From positions 448,001 to 512,000 of the forward strand of contig CAWJCS010000004.1 of assembly GCA_963841435.1 (NCBI GenBank): a DNA stretch of 64,000 nt. Direction: 5' to 3'. This document shows, one piece after another, positions 30,692-40,478 of the stretch (position 1 is the stretch's first letter; every line of letters begins with the position of its first letter). The notes under the pieces are model-generated. The model searched no databases and had not been told where the DNA came from. It worked only from the letters and a program-made list of their open reading frames with translations. The stretch comes from an uncultured delta proteobacterium. Its GTDB lineage: Bacteria > Myxococcota_A > Polyangia > Polyangiales > Polyangiaceae. A program made the translations under genes and the position numbers.

Positions 30692-31807
30692 GTGCGGGAT
30701 CGGGTCTCGTTTCGCAGCGGCCCTGGTATCGACATGCCGCTGCTCGCGGTGCTCGTCGCCATCATCACGCTCGGGCTCGTCAACCTCTACAGTGCCACCA
30801 GCGTCTACGCCGACGACGCGCAGCGCGTGCAGCTCGCCGACATCTACGTCTCGCAGATCTATTGGATCGTCGTCGGCACGCTGCTAGCCATCCTGGTCGC
30901 GTCGATCGACTATCGAAACTTCGAGCGCTTGGCGATGATCGCCTACTTCGGAGGGCTCGTCGCGCTGGGGCTCGTGTTCGTGCTCGCGCGCAACATTCGC
31001 GGTGCGTCGCGCTGGATCGCGTTCGGCAGCTTCAACTTTCAACCGAGCGAGTTCATGAAGATCGTGCTGATCCTCGTGATCGCGCGCTACCTGCACAACG
31101 ACCCCAAGATCGAGCCACGGACGCTGCTCGACCTCGCGCCGCCCGCCTTCTTGACGCTGGTTCCGGTCGCCTTCGTGATGGCGCAGCCCGACCTCGGGAC
31201 ATCACTAATCTATCTGCTCACCGCCGGTTCCATGCTGGCGATGACCAAGATCCGCAAACGTAGCCTCGCCACGCTCGGCGCCATGGTGGCTGTGGCACTG
31301 CCGCTTGCCTGGAACTTCCTCCTCCTGCCGTACCAGAAGGATCGCATCACGAGCTTTCTGAATCCGGAGAACGACAAGACGGGGGCCGGCTGGCACGCAC
31401 TCCAATCGCAGACCGCGATCGGCAATGGGCAGCTCTTCGGGGAAGGCTTCATGCAGGGGACGCAGAATCAATTTCAGTTCTTGCCCGATCAGTTCTCGGA
31501 TTTTCCCTTCGCCGTCCTCTGTGAAGATTGGGGTTTCGTCGGCGCCGTGGTGCTGCTCGGGCTGTACTGTTTCGCCTGCATCTGGGCGATCCACGTCGCC
31601 TCGCAGGCTCGCGATCGCTTCGGTGCGGCACTCGCCATCGGTGTTGGGGCGAACCTCTTCTGGCACGTGGTGCTCAACGTCGGGATGGCCATCGGGCTCT
31701 TGCCGGTCGTGGGTGTCACGCTGCCGCTCTTTTCGTACGGCGGCTCCAATGTCGTGACGATGATGGTCGCCTTGGGCCTCCTGATGAACGTTTCCATGCG
31801 GCGCTGA
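30692..31807 (+). CDS. rodA: SEDS peptidoglycan glycosyltransferase RodA
   Basis: GASRWI, FQPSEFMK, QPDLGT, FLPDQFSDF, LPLFSYGGS; GTG at 30692. Confidence 0.93.
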   Translation: MRDRVSFRSGPGIDMPLLAVLVAIITLGLVNLYSATSVYADDAQRVQLADIYVSQIYWIVVGTLLAILVASIDYRNFERLAMIAYFGGLVALGLVFVLARNIRGASRWIAFGSFNFQPSEFMKIVLILVIARYLHNDPKIEPRTLLDLAPPAFLTLVPVAFVMAQPDLGTSLIYLLTAGSMLAMTKIRKRSLATLGAMVAVALPLAWNFLLLPYQKDRITSFLNPENDKTGAGWHALQSQTAIGNGQLFGEGFMQGTQNQFQFLPDQFSDFPFAVLCEDWGFVGAVVLLGLYCFACIWAIHVASQARDRFGAALAIGVGANLFWHVVLNVGMAIGLLPVVGVTLPLFSYGGSNVVTMMVALGLLMNVSMRR

Positions 31808-31852
31808 ATTCGCCTGCGCGCCGCACCCAGGCCGGGTGGAGCGCTGTGATCG

Positions 31853-32518
31853 ATGCTCGGGGGGTCGAGCATTACGGGCGTGCTGAGCCGCGTCCGAGGG
31901 CTTTCCCTTCTGGTGCTCGGATTACCCGTTGCGGCTTGCAGCGCTGGAAGCGCCACCGGCGACCACGCCTCGAGCGGAGGCGCTCCCGTTGCGGGCACGG
32001 GCGGTAGGTTCTCGGGTGGCTCCGGCGGAAGCATCGCGGCTCAGGGCCGGCGGCGCCGCGAGTGTCGGAGGGACGGCCGGAGGCTCGTCGGCAGCGGCTG
32101 GGCAGGGTCGTGTCCCATCCGGCGGCGTCGCCGGGCTCGGCGGTCGGGCGGCGTCGCCGCGGGTGGGGCGGGGGTCTCGGGGGCCGCAATCGGGGGAACG
32201 GGCGGAGCCGCGGGAGCGGTCGGTGCAGCGACGCAACCGGTGGCATACCGCATCACGTTCCACCACAACTGGTGGTCCACCAACGTCGCGGAGCGCATGC
32301 CGCGCGTGCGGTTCGGTCAGGTTCACGCGTTCAACAACTATTACGGCACGGGACTGGGTACGAACCTCGACAACGACCACTGCGTGCGTGCCGCCCTGCC
32401 GGCCGGACCGCGAATCTTTCGTCGAGCGCTGCCGCTGCGATGCCGGCCGCAGCAAGGTCACTCGAGATTGAAAAGGTCGTCGAGGTCCTCGCGCGAGAGC
32501 AGCTTCTCGCCCGTGTGA
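31853..32518 (+). pseudogene. Lipoprotein remnant with a short polysaccharide lyase family 1 (pectate lyase) fragment
   Basis: VAAC lipobox and Gly linker (partly in another frame, ~32045-32145), followed only by ITFHHNWW...ERMPRVRFGQVHAFNNYY. Confidence 0.55.
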
Positions 32519-35500
32519 TCTTCGCTCAAGACCGAGCTCACGAGGTCCTTCTTGCGCTGCTTGAGCTCGAGGATCTTCTCCTCGATCGTACCCGCGGCGA
32601 CGAGCCGGTACACCGTCACGACCTTCTTCTGACCGATTCGATGCGCGCGGTCGGATGCCTGATCTTCGACGGCGGGGTTCCACCACGGATCGAAGTGAAT
32701 CACCGTGTCGGCGGCGGTCAGATTCAAGCCCGAGCCACCCGCCTTGAGGCTGATCAAAAAGACTGGAATGGTGGGATCGCTCTGGAAGCGATCGATGCGC
32801 TCCGGTCGATCCATCGTGCTGCCGTCGAGGTATTCGTAGCGGATCTTGTCCTCGTCGAGCGCCTGGCAGATGAGCTTCAGCATCGAGACGAACTGGCTGA
32901 AGATCAGCACTTTGTGTCCGCCAGCCTCGACCTCGTCCACGAGCTCACGAAGCGCCGAAAGTTTGCCGCTGTCGTCGTGACTGAACTCGCGCGGAAGCCC
33001 CAGAAGTCGGGGATCGCAGGCCGCCTGCCGTAGCTTGGTGAGGCCCGCTAGGATGTGAAGCTGGCTCTTGGCCATGCCGACCCGCTCGACCTCGCCCATG
33101 ACCTGGGCGCGCACTTCGCGCAGCACCTGCAGGTAAATGGCGCGCTGGTCGGGCGCCAGATCGACGATTTTGTCCACTTCGAGCTTCGGCGGTAGGTCTT
33201 TCGCCACCTCCGTTTTCGTTCGCCGCAGGATGAACGGGTGGATGACCGAGCGAAGGCGCGCAGCGCGCTCCGAGTTGCCCTGCTCGATTGGGCGCGCGTA
33301 GCGTTCCTCGAACTTGGGCAGGCTGCCGAGCAAACCGGGGCTCACGAAGTCGAAGAGCGACCAGATCTCGCTCAGGCGGTTTTCGATGGGCGTGCCCGTG
33401 AGCGCCAGACGGTGGACCGCCTTGAGATCCTTGGCCGCCTGTGCGGTCGCGCTCATGGGGTTCTTGATGGCCTGAGCTTCGTCGAGGATGGCGTAGTCGA
33501 GGCGAAGCTCCTTCAAGAGATCGATGTCCCGCCGGAGCAACGCGTAGCTCGTGATGATGACGTTCGAGCTCTCGAGCTCGCTGGCTTGCTCTTTGCGCCC
33601 TGCGCCATGCCACAGCGCCGTCGTCAGCGAGGGTCCGAAGCGCTCGATCTCCCGCACCCAGTTGGTGACGACGCTCGTCGGCGCGACGATCAGGGCGCGC
33701 AGGGCGTCTTCCTTCTTTTCCTGCTTCAACGACAACAAGAGCGCGATGGTCTCGATGGTCTTGCCGAGACCCATGTCGTCGGCCAGCACGCCGCCCGAAC
33801 CGATCTCGTGAATGAATCGCAGCCAAGCGAGTCCCTGCTCCTGGTAGGGACGCAGGGTTGCCTTGAGCCCCTTGGGCTTCTTGGCCGGCTTGATCTCGTC
33901 GATCGACTCGAGCTTGTGGAACAGCTCCTTCGTGGCCGCGGCGACTGACGGGCTCGATGCGTGCTGCAGGAGCTCCTGCACGCGGCCCGCGTGCGAGAGC
34001 GGCAGCTTGCCGGTCTTTCCTGCTGCGACGATCAACTCCACCTCGCGGTCGAGCAGGCTCTGAACGCGCTCCGCGTCGATGGGCGCGAAGGAGTTGTCGG
34101 ACAGGCGAACGTATTTTTTGCCTTCGCGCAAGCAGCGTTCGAGCTCGTCGCGATTGACGCCCACGCCCTCGCTCTCGTAGCTCACCTTGACGCTCAGCCA
34201 GTCAACGCCGCTCGAGACGCGGGCGTTCATCATCACCGGCTTCGAGCGCACCTGGGTGCCCACGAGCTCCTCGGGCACGTAGAGGTCCCATTCCTCGGGT
34301 AGCGCCCCGACGCCCTCGGACCAGAAGGCGATCGACCCATCGCCGTGCGCCACGAAGTGCTGCCCGCTCTCGTCGGCCTCGAGCCCCAGCTCGAGCAGCT
34401 TTTGTACGGCGCTCTGTTGCCCGGCGATGTCGCAGCGCACGCATTTCGCACGCTTCTGACCCTCCTGGGGCGGAAGGATCATGATCGGCGGGGAGATGCC
34501 GTCGGCGCGCACCTCGACCTCGAGGCCTCCGTAATCCGCCTTGAGCTCCACCTCGACGTCCGTGAGCGAGCCGCCCGCGCGCATGCGGAACGTCGGCTCG
34601 AGATCGACAACGTCGGCCACCTGCGACAGATCCGGCAGCTGGGCGCCGACCTCGCTTGCCACCTTGGGCAGGCCGTAGGTGATCATGCCCATCAGCTCCG
34701 AAGCCGGCTCGGCAATCGTCGGGCTGCGCAGGAGGCGCCTGAGCGCAGCCGGTGCGACGCGCGCGTCGAGGGGCCGCGCTACGCCGTCGCTCGTGTCGAT
34801 GTGCCACCCGGGTGCACCTTCGAACCAACCGCCGCTCGTGAGCTGGAAGCGACGGCCGTCCCCACGTTCGAAGGTCACCTTCGCGACGATCGTTTCGCTG
34901 CCGACGAGCTCCAGGTCGAAGCGGGGTCGGAGTGGCTCTTCGACGAAGCGCAGCTGCATGAGGGCCGGCTCGAGCAGTACCCGTCGTTCGCGTAGGAGTG
35001 GCAGTAGCTCTGCCGCGTCCTCGCCGCGAATGTCGACGGCCGGATGCCGCGGATTGCCGCTCTCGAAGCGCGACAGGACGCGCAGCGCGCCGCGATCGGG
35101 AGTCGGCGTGATCGCCTGCCAGCCGAGCGCCACGCTGGGCAAGAGCGGGGCGCGGTGGTCCACGTCGAGGACGGTGACGGTCAGGCCACCCTGCCGCACG
35201 TGGACGCGAAATTCGAGGTGCAGCGCCTTGGTCGCCGACTCCGGCGGCAGCCACGCCCCGATGCCGGTCGGACGCGCGCTCGCGTCGACCATCGGGGCCA
35301 CGTAGTGGGTCTGGGGTGCGCTGAGCTGCTGGACCTGCGCGCGGCGGCGACGGTCGCGGCGGCGGCTGCCCTTGGCGGCGTCGCCTCCGCCGTTCTGCGC
35401 GTTGGGGTGGGGATGAGAGTGTTGGTGCACGGGTGCGTTGTTGTTGGTGCGCGGGAGTTGCGAGCGCGCTCGGTTGCGGACGGTGATGAGCAGAGCGGCA

Positions 35501-35766
35501 ACGTGCTTGCAGTGCTGACCGGTCTTCTGAAACGCCGGGCACGTGCAGTGCGACGTGATGCCTTCTCCGCCGAGTCGGATCGTGACGGCGTATGGGTCGG
35601 GATCCGAGCCACGCACTTTGCCTTGCGCCGTGGATTCGTTCACGTCCACGTCTTCGACGACCTTGCGCTTCTCGTAGTCGAGCCCGCGGAGGAACGTTCG
35701 CGCACCGAGCAGGCGTCTCAGGCCTCGGTCGGAAAGAGTGGACAGGGCGTCGGCTAAACTGGACAA
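32458..35766 (-). CDS. SWIM zinc-finger SNF2-family helicase/ATPase
   Basis: CTC...CKH SWIM; LRPYQ, LADDMGLGKT, ILDEAQ, LTGTPIEN, WWNPAVEDQASDRAHRIGQ. Confidence 0.93.
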   Translation of the reverse strand: MSSLADALSTLSDRGLRRLLGARTFLRGLDYEKRKVVEDVDVNESTAQGKVRGSDPDPYAVTIRLGGEGITSHCTCPAFQKTGQHCKHVAALLITVRNRARSQLPRTNNNAPVHQHSHPHPNAQNGGGDAAKGSRRRDRRRRAQVQQLSAPQTHYVAPMVDASARPTGIGAWLPPESATKALHLEFRVHVRQGGLTVTVLDVDHRAPLLPSVALGWQAITPTPDRGALRVLSRFESGNPRHPAVDIRGEDAAELLPLLRERRVLLEPALMQLRFVEEPLRPRFDLELVGSETIVAKVTFERGDGRRFQLTSGGWFEGAPGWHIDTSDGVARPLDARVAPAALRRLLRSPTIAEPASELMGMITYGLPKVASEVGAQLPDLSQVADVVDLEPTFRMRAGGSLTDVEVELKADYGGLEVEVRADGISPPIMILPPQEGQKRAKCVRCDIAGQQSAVQKLLELGLEADESGQHFVAHGDGSIAFWSEGVGALPEEWDLYVPEELVGTQVRSKPVMMNARVSSGVDWLSVKVSYESEGVGVNRDELERCLREGKKYVRLSDNSFAPIDAERVQSLLDREVELIVAAGKTGKLPLSHAGRVQELLQHASSPSVAAATKELFHKLESIDEIKPAKKPKGLKATLRPYQEQGLAWLRFIHEIGSGGVLADDMGLGKTIETIALLLSLKQEKKEDALRALIVAPTSVVTNWVREIERFGPSLTTALWHGAGRKEQASELESSNVIITSYALLRRDIDLLKELRLDYAILDEAQAIKNPMSATAQAAKDLKAVHRLALTGTPIENRLSEIWSLFDFVSPGLLGSLPKFEERYARPIEQGNSERAARLRSVIHPFILRRTKTEVAKDLPPKLEVDKIVDLAPDQRAIYLQVLREVRAQVMGEVERVGMAKSQLHILAGLTKLRQAACDPRLLGLPREFSHDDSGKLSALRELVDEVEAGGHKVLIFSQFVSMLKLICQALDEDKIRYEYLDGSTMDRPERIDRFQSDPTIPVFLISLKAGGSGLNLTAADTVIHFDPWWNPAVEDQASDRAHRIGQKKVVTVYRLVAAGTIEEKILELKQRKKDLVSSVLSEDHTGEKLLSREDLDDLFNLE

Positions 35767-35816
35767 GGCGCGTTACCCGGCGGCACGGCGCTGGAAGGGG
35801 TCGAGGGGCACGGGTG

Positions 35817-37880
35817 TCAGTAAAAGAAGGGAGCGATAAGACCGATCGAAGTGGCCAAGAGCGAGAGCGTGGACGCTAGAGGTCCCGCCGAGTTGCCTAG
35901 GATGTCAGCCAACGAGTTGCCGCCAACGGATGCCGCGAAGCTTGCGGGGTCTCCCTCGGGTCGGCTCGCTCGGCGCACGGCGAGCAGAACGGCTCGGGCT
36001 CCGTTCGCCGTAAGCGCGACCCAGAGGGCAGCCACCGCTGCCCCCACGGCAAATGCCGCGAAGGCCTCGGCCGCCAAACGAGGGCTTCGAACTCGATACA
36101 CGAGGTCGAGGGCGATGCCAAGTAGAACCGGCGGAACGAGCCCCAGGAGGGCGAACCGCGCCCCCCCTCGGGCGGCTGCACGGGCGCACTCGTCCTCGCA
36201 GGCCCGGTAGCTCGGGCCGCCGACCGCCGGATCGCGGCCAGGTTCGTCGAGCTGCCTGTCCACCTCCAGGCTCGCGTCGAGCGCTGCCCGCGCGGCTGCC
36301 CGCGCGGCGAAGGCGGCGCCCGTCGCGACGAGCGCCGCGCCAACCAGCGCGACCCAAACGGCGACCGTCGATGCGAGTGGCGGTGCGTCGCTGCTCACGG
36401 AAACCCACAAGACGAGGCTCGTTGCCACAGCGCCCGTGACGCACAGCGCATGAGCACGCGCGGTGGCCGCGGGAACCTGGGCCGCATCGTCCAGACGTTT
36501 CACGCGGCGTGTCGTCTCGGGATCCGCGGGAGCCATGCCGAGAATTCGGCGAGCGCTCTCCGAGACGACCGACGAGAGCTCAATGGCCAAGGCGTGAGGC
36601 AAGAGCGCGAGCGCGCCGGCGAGCGTGAGAAGGGGTCCCACCCTCGCGCCGTGAGGGATGCCGCTCGCCGTGCCGGCAAACCGAGCCAGCACGGCCGCTC
36701 CCGCCAGCAGCACGAGCAACGCGCCTGCGCGCTCGAGACCGCTCGCGAGCCCCAGCGCCGAGGTCGGACCCGCGCCCGCGCGCAGGAGGCCCTGCGCCGC
36801 GCGCGTCGCACCGCTCTGAGCGCGGGCGGCGCGCGCGAGCCACGCCGGTCCGGCGACGGCGACGAGAAGCCCAGCCGCGCCCGTTGCCGAGAGGGCGGCC
36901 CACCCAGCGGGAAACAGCCAGTAGCACGCGCCGAGCACGCCGAGAGCCGTCACCCATAGCGCGCTCGCAACACCACGAAGAAGCGCCAGGCCGGGCGGCT
37001 CTTCCTCGTCGCAGCGCGTCGCGAAGAGACCCGCTGCGCAGCCAATGAGCCCGAACCCGAGAACGAGTGGCGCGAGCGCCGCGACGCGCGCCGCATCCGC
37101 GCCCGAGAGCCCCAGCCTCGGTGGCAGACCGTCGGCGAGCGCGAGCAGCGTCGCCGTGACCGCGACGGCGCGAGCAGCGCTCGCCCCCGCGCCGACGCCG
37201 AGCCCGACGAGCCCGGCGACGAGCGCGGGATTCTTCGGATCTGCGGCGCCGAGCGGGGGCGACGCAAGCGCCCCCCGGTGGCTCCCGGCGTCCGCGGCCA
37301 CCCGGTAAAGCGATGCCGCGCGCTCGATCAAAAAGGCGGCGAGAGAAGCGCCGATGGCGTAGCCCGGCAAGCTTGCGGCCGAGGACGCCGTCCCGGTCGT
37401 CGCACCGAGCCGGACGAGCCGCTCGACGAGAGTCAGCCCGAGGCCGACGACGAGCGTGGCGGCTTGGGTGCCCAGTCCGAGGGCGGCGCCGGCGCGTAGC
37501 GCCGTCGTCAGCGCGGCGTCGAAGCGCGATCGAGCGTGCTCGATCGCGCTGCCGGCCGCGCGCCCTGCCAGCATCCCGCCGGCCTGCGCAGCGAGTGCGC
37601 CGAGCGCCGCGCCCGTGACGACGCCGAGGGCGCCGGCACCCCCAGCGCCCGATTGTCCTCGCGCCGCGTCGACGGCGAAAACGCCGAGCGCCGCCGCGCC
37701 GGTGACGAGCATGAGCCCCGGTCGCTCGCGCGCGAGCAGTGAGGCAAGCGCGCGCTCGACCGCGCTCACCACACGCCATGCTCCCGCCGCGTCGCGCTTT
37801 CCGACGTGCACGCGCGCGAGCGCCAGGGCGAGCAACAAGCCGCCGGCCGCAAGCGCGAGGATGAGCACGAGCTCTGTCAC
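35817..37880 (-). CDS. Degenerate membrane-bound Na+/H+-pyrophosphatase (HppA) homolog, probably catalytically inactive
   Basis: Collinear remnants ALRAGAALG, YAIGASL, AADAG...DPKNPALVA, EVDRQL, PSYRAC, NSAGP; highly hydrophobic 687 aa. Confidence 0.72.
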   Translation of the reverse strand: MTELVLILALAAGGLLLALALARVHVGKRDAAGAWRVVSAVERALASLLARERPGLMLVTGAAALGVFAVDAARGQSGAGGAGALGVVTGAALGALAAQAGGMLAGRAAGSAIEHARSRFDAALTTALRAGAALGLGTQAATLVVGLGLTLVERLVRLGATTGTASSAASLPGYAIGASLAAFLIERAASLYRVAADAGSHRGALASPPLGAADPKNPALVAGLVGLGVGAGASAARAVAVTATLLALADGLPPRLGLSGADAARVAALAPLVLGFGLIGCAAGLFATRCDEEEPPGLALLRGVASALWVTALGVLGACYWLFPAGWAALSATGAAGLLVAVAGPAWLARAARAQSGATRAAQGLLRAGAGPTSALGLASGLERAGALLVLLAGAAVLARFAGTASGIPHGARVGPLLTLAGALALLPHALAIELSSVVSESARRILGMAPADPETTRRVKRLDDAAQVPAATARAHALCVTGAVATSLVLWVSVSSDAPPLASTVAVWVALVGAALVATGAAFAARAAARAALDASLEVDRQLDEPGRDPAVGGPSYRACEDECARAAARGGARFALLGLVPPVLLGIALDLVYRVRSPRLAAEAFAAFAVGAAVAALWVALTANGARAVLLAVRRASRPEGDPASFAASVGGNSLADILGNSAGPLASTLSLLATSIGLIAPFFY

Positions 37881-37953
37881 GGGTGACCGTTGGGCCGCGG
37901 ACGGGCCGCGACCGGGATGCTGGTGGCGGCGACGCGAGCCCGCCGGGCCCGCT

Positions 37954-38556
37954 TCAGCCGCCGAGCTTCTTCGACTGAATCACCATCAGGTGATACTTGC
38001 CGAATTCGCTCTGTCCCAACGTGAACAGCACCTCGATGAACAGCCGGTACGGGGTGCCGCGATCCGCGATGATGATCGCTTCCGAGCTCGAGGGGTCGAG
38101 GCCCTTGGCTCGACGAACCGCGACGTCCGTGCGACGCGCCGACTGGAGGACGTTGCCGAGTGGGACGATGTAAAGGTCGTTCGGCCCGCCCCGCTTGTGC
38201 TGCGCCCCGACGCCCGTCTGGGCCTGCGACTCGCGCCCAGGGAGGCTGATGATCTTCTGATCCCCCACCAAAATCTGGGACTTCGAGATGGTCAGCGTCA
38301 CACCTTCTTGGTGTGGATTGCTCTTCGCGACCGACGTGGGCAGACGAAGATCGTCGCTCTGCGGAATCGCGTTGCTCGACTCACCCAGGGTCTTCAAGAG
38401 GAAGACCAGGATGATGGTCATGATGTCGAGCATGGCCGTGATGTTCAGGAAGTTGACCTCGGGGTCGTGCGCGTTGCGCCGGATGGCCTTCCGGAGCTCG
38501 GCCTTGTAGCGGATGATGGAGCTCTGGCCGTCGCCGCCAGTGGCTTGTTGAGTCAC
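37954..38556 (-). CDS. ExbD/TolR family protein (AglS-like paralog)
   Basis: LNITAMLDIMTIILVFLL TM with conserved Asp; IIADRGTPY. Confidence 0.88.
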   Translation of the reverse strand: MTQQATGGDGQSSIIRYKAELRKAIRRNAHDPEVNFLNITAMLDIMTIILVFLLKTLGESSNAIPQSDDLRLPTSVAKSNPHQEGVTLTISKSQILVGDQKIISLPGRESQAQTGVGAQHKRGGPNDLYIVPLGNVLQSARRTDVAVRRAKGLDPSSSEAIIIADRGTPYRLFIEVLFTLGQSEFGKYHLMVIQSKKLGG

Positions 38557-38575
38557 GCTGCCCTCCGCCTCGACG

Positions 38576-39121
38576 TCAACGCGGCACCTTGAAGTTCACG
38601 TTGGCGAACATGGGGGCGCCCGCCGCGGTCTGCCGCAACGCGTCGATCGCGTTGACGATGATCTGGTACTCGGTGCCCGGGTTCGCCGTGATGTAGACCT
38701 GATCCTCGTCCTCGAACTTCTGCTTCAGCTTGGTCGCGCAGGCAGTGAGCGACGCGTAGTCGTACTTGCCGTTCGAGAGCGGGATCGCGATCCCGGGGCC
38801 CTGCCCGGAGCAGCCGGGCGCGATGTTGCCGCCCGAGGCCTTGAGCGAAAAACCGTCATTCACGATGAAGACGGTCAGATTCAGCGCCTCGGACTGGATC
38901 TGACTGCGGACGCCGGATCCCTTGCCCGATGGCGGCGTGGTTTCGATGCTCGCCGTGAAGGTGACGGCCACCGTCGCGAGCACGAAGATCAGGATGTTCA
39001 CGATGATGTCGAGGAACGGCACGATGTTGAGCTCGCCGCCTTCCTCGTCAGGGGCTAGCTCGCGCGGTTGGCTCAGGCGCCGGATCTTGCCGCGCTGCGC
39101 TGCTGTAAGCGAATCGGACAT
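38576..39121 (-). CDS. ExbD/TolR family protein (AglQ-like paralog)
   Basis: ELNIVPFLDIIVNILIFVL TM; ANPGTEYQIIVNAIDA. Confidence 0.88.
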   Translation of the reverse strand: MSDSLTAAQRGKIRRLSQPRELAPDEEGGELNIVPFLDIIVNILIFVLATVAVTFTASIETTPPSGKGSGVRSQIQSEALNLTVFIVNDGFSLKASGGNIAPGCSGQGPGIAIPLSNGKYDYASLTACATKLKQKFEDEDQVYITANPGTEYQIIVNAIDALRQTAAGAPMFANVNFKVPR

Positions 39122-39136
39122 CGCCGTCGGCGCGAC

Positions 39137-39810
39137 TCAGCCCGGCCGCTGCCCGATGGTCAGCAGGTTGAACGTGCGCTCCATCGTGGACTCGAGGTCG
39201 TGCTGGATAGCCTTGGCGCGCGTGTGGAGGATGATGTGCGTGATCATGCAGAACACCGCGATGCCGAGGCCGAGCGCCGTGTTGTACATGGCTTCCGCGA
39301 TGCCGTTCGACAGCATGCCGCTGCTTGTCGGACTGGGAAAGGCCGGCCTGCGCGATTGCACTGAACGTGGCAATGAGGCCGCTCACCGTGCCGAGCAGCC
39401 CGATGAGGGTCGCGATGTTGGCGAGTGACCACAGCGCGCCGACTCGCTTCTCGGCCTGCGGTTTGAGCTCGGAGAGCTTCTCGCTAAGGGCAGCGTCGAT
39501 CTCATCAGGCCCCTTGTTGGCGTGGGTCAGGCCCGCCTTGACCAGTTGGAGGATGGGGTAATCGCTCGCTTCGCACAGCTTGATGGCCCGGTCGATGTTG
39601 CCCGCGTTGCACGAGCTTTTTGACCTGGGCGAAGAATTCCTTCGAGTTGACGCGGTAGCGCGTGAGCTGAAACGCGAAGCGCTCGATCACGACCGTGAAC
39701 ACGACCGCCGAGGTGCAGAGGTTCAGCACCATGAAAGTCGGGTTGTGTCGGAAAGCTTCGACGAGCTGGCCGGAACCAGCACCTTCGGCCGCTAGGAGCA
39801 GAAGCTGCAT
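39137..39810 (-). CDS. MotA/TolQ/ExbB proton-channel protein (AglR paralog); two +1 frameshifts near 39606 and 39317
   Basis: Joined frames read VVIERF...KKLVQAGNIDRAIKLC...ANIATLIGLLGTVSGLI...LSNGIAEAMYNTALGL. Span of 674 nt is 3n+2. Confidence 0.85.
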
Positions 39811-39892
39811 TCCCCTTGTCCCTTTCCTCGAGGACGATTCGTGTCGGACTAAACGTACTGTGCTTGCGGGAGCCTCCCGCTACGAGAGCTGC

Positions 39893-39922
39893 ACTATAGC
39901 CGCCTGCCGCGAGCGCAAGCAA
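39893..39922 (-). promoter_or_regulatory. Sigma70-type promoter candidate for the minus-strand motor operon
   Basis: Minus strand TTGCTT (39922-39917), 18 nt, TATAGT (39898-39893). Confidence 0.45.
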
Positions 39923-40449
39923 GAGTGCGTCGTAACATCGGTTTTCGGGGCGGCGGGCCGGATCCTGCCGCCTTCGTTACCTACATGGGACGCAGCCACG
40001 TCCGCACCTACATTGTGGCCCAAGCCACGCGGATGGTGCCCCGCACTCCTTGGATGTCAACTGCGGGGCGCCCGGTGACGGTCGCGGGGCCGGGGCGGGA
40101 CGGGCGGTGGTCGGGTGCTCGCGCGCGTCGCGCCGCGAGACAGAGCCACCACTTCCCTACCTCTCTCATTTACCTCTCTCAGTTAAGTGCGTTCGGTTCT
40201 TGGACGGGCGCGCGGTCGATGGGTGCCGCGCGGTGCTTGGTGGCGCGTTCGCAGATGCGGTCCACGAGCGGAGGGGACGAGCTCGCGTTGTTAAGGTGTG
40301 CGCGCTCGCTCGCCCCGACTCGTTCTCCCCCCGCCCCGTGGTGGACGGACCGCGGTAATGACCTCGTCTGAGATGGACCGCCGGGCGGAGGTACAACTTT
40401 TCGCCCTGGTGCGATTTCATTCGCACTGCGGATCAGGACCCAATCTCTC

Positions 40450-40478
40450 TTGACGGGGTGGGTTCCACTCAGCAAGAT
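40450..40478 (+). promoter_or_regulatory. Sigma70-type promoter candidate for the aglRQS-like operon
   Basis: TTGACG (40450-40455), 17 nt, CAAGAT (40473-40478). Confidence 0.5.

Noticed and set aside
28760-31807. Apparent 1015-aa PBP2-RodA fusion in the ORF track
   Set aside because: Artifact of the +1 insertion near 30368. The PBP2 KTG motif and C-terminus lie in another frame ending at 30689, and the linker is out-of-frame Arg-rich text.
39137-39810. Programmed frameshifting or pseudogenisation of the motA paralog
   Set aside because: No slippery sequence at either site, both ExbD partners are intact, and the same +1 error pattern occurs in mrdA.
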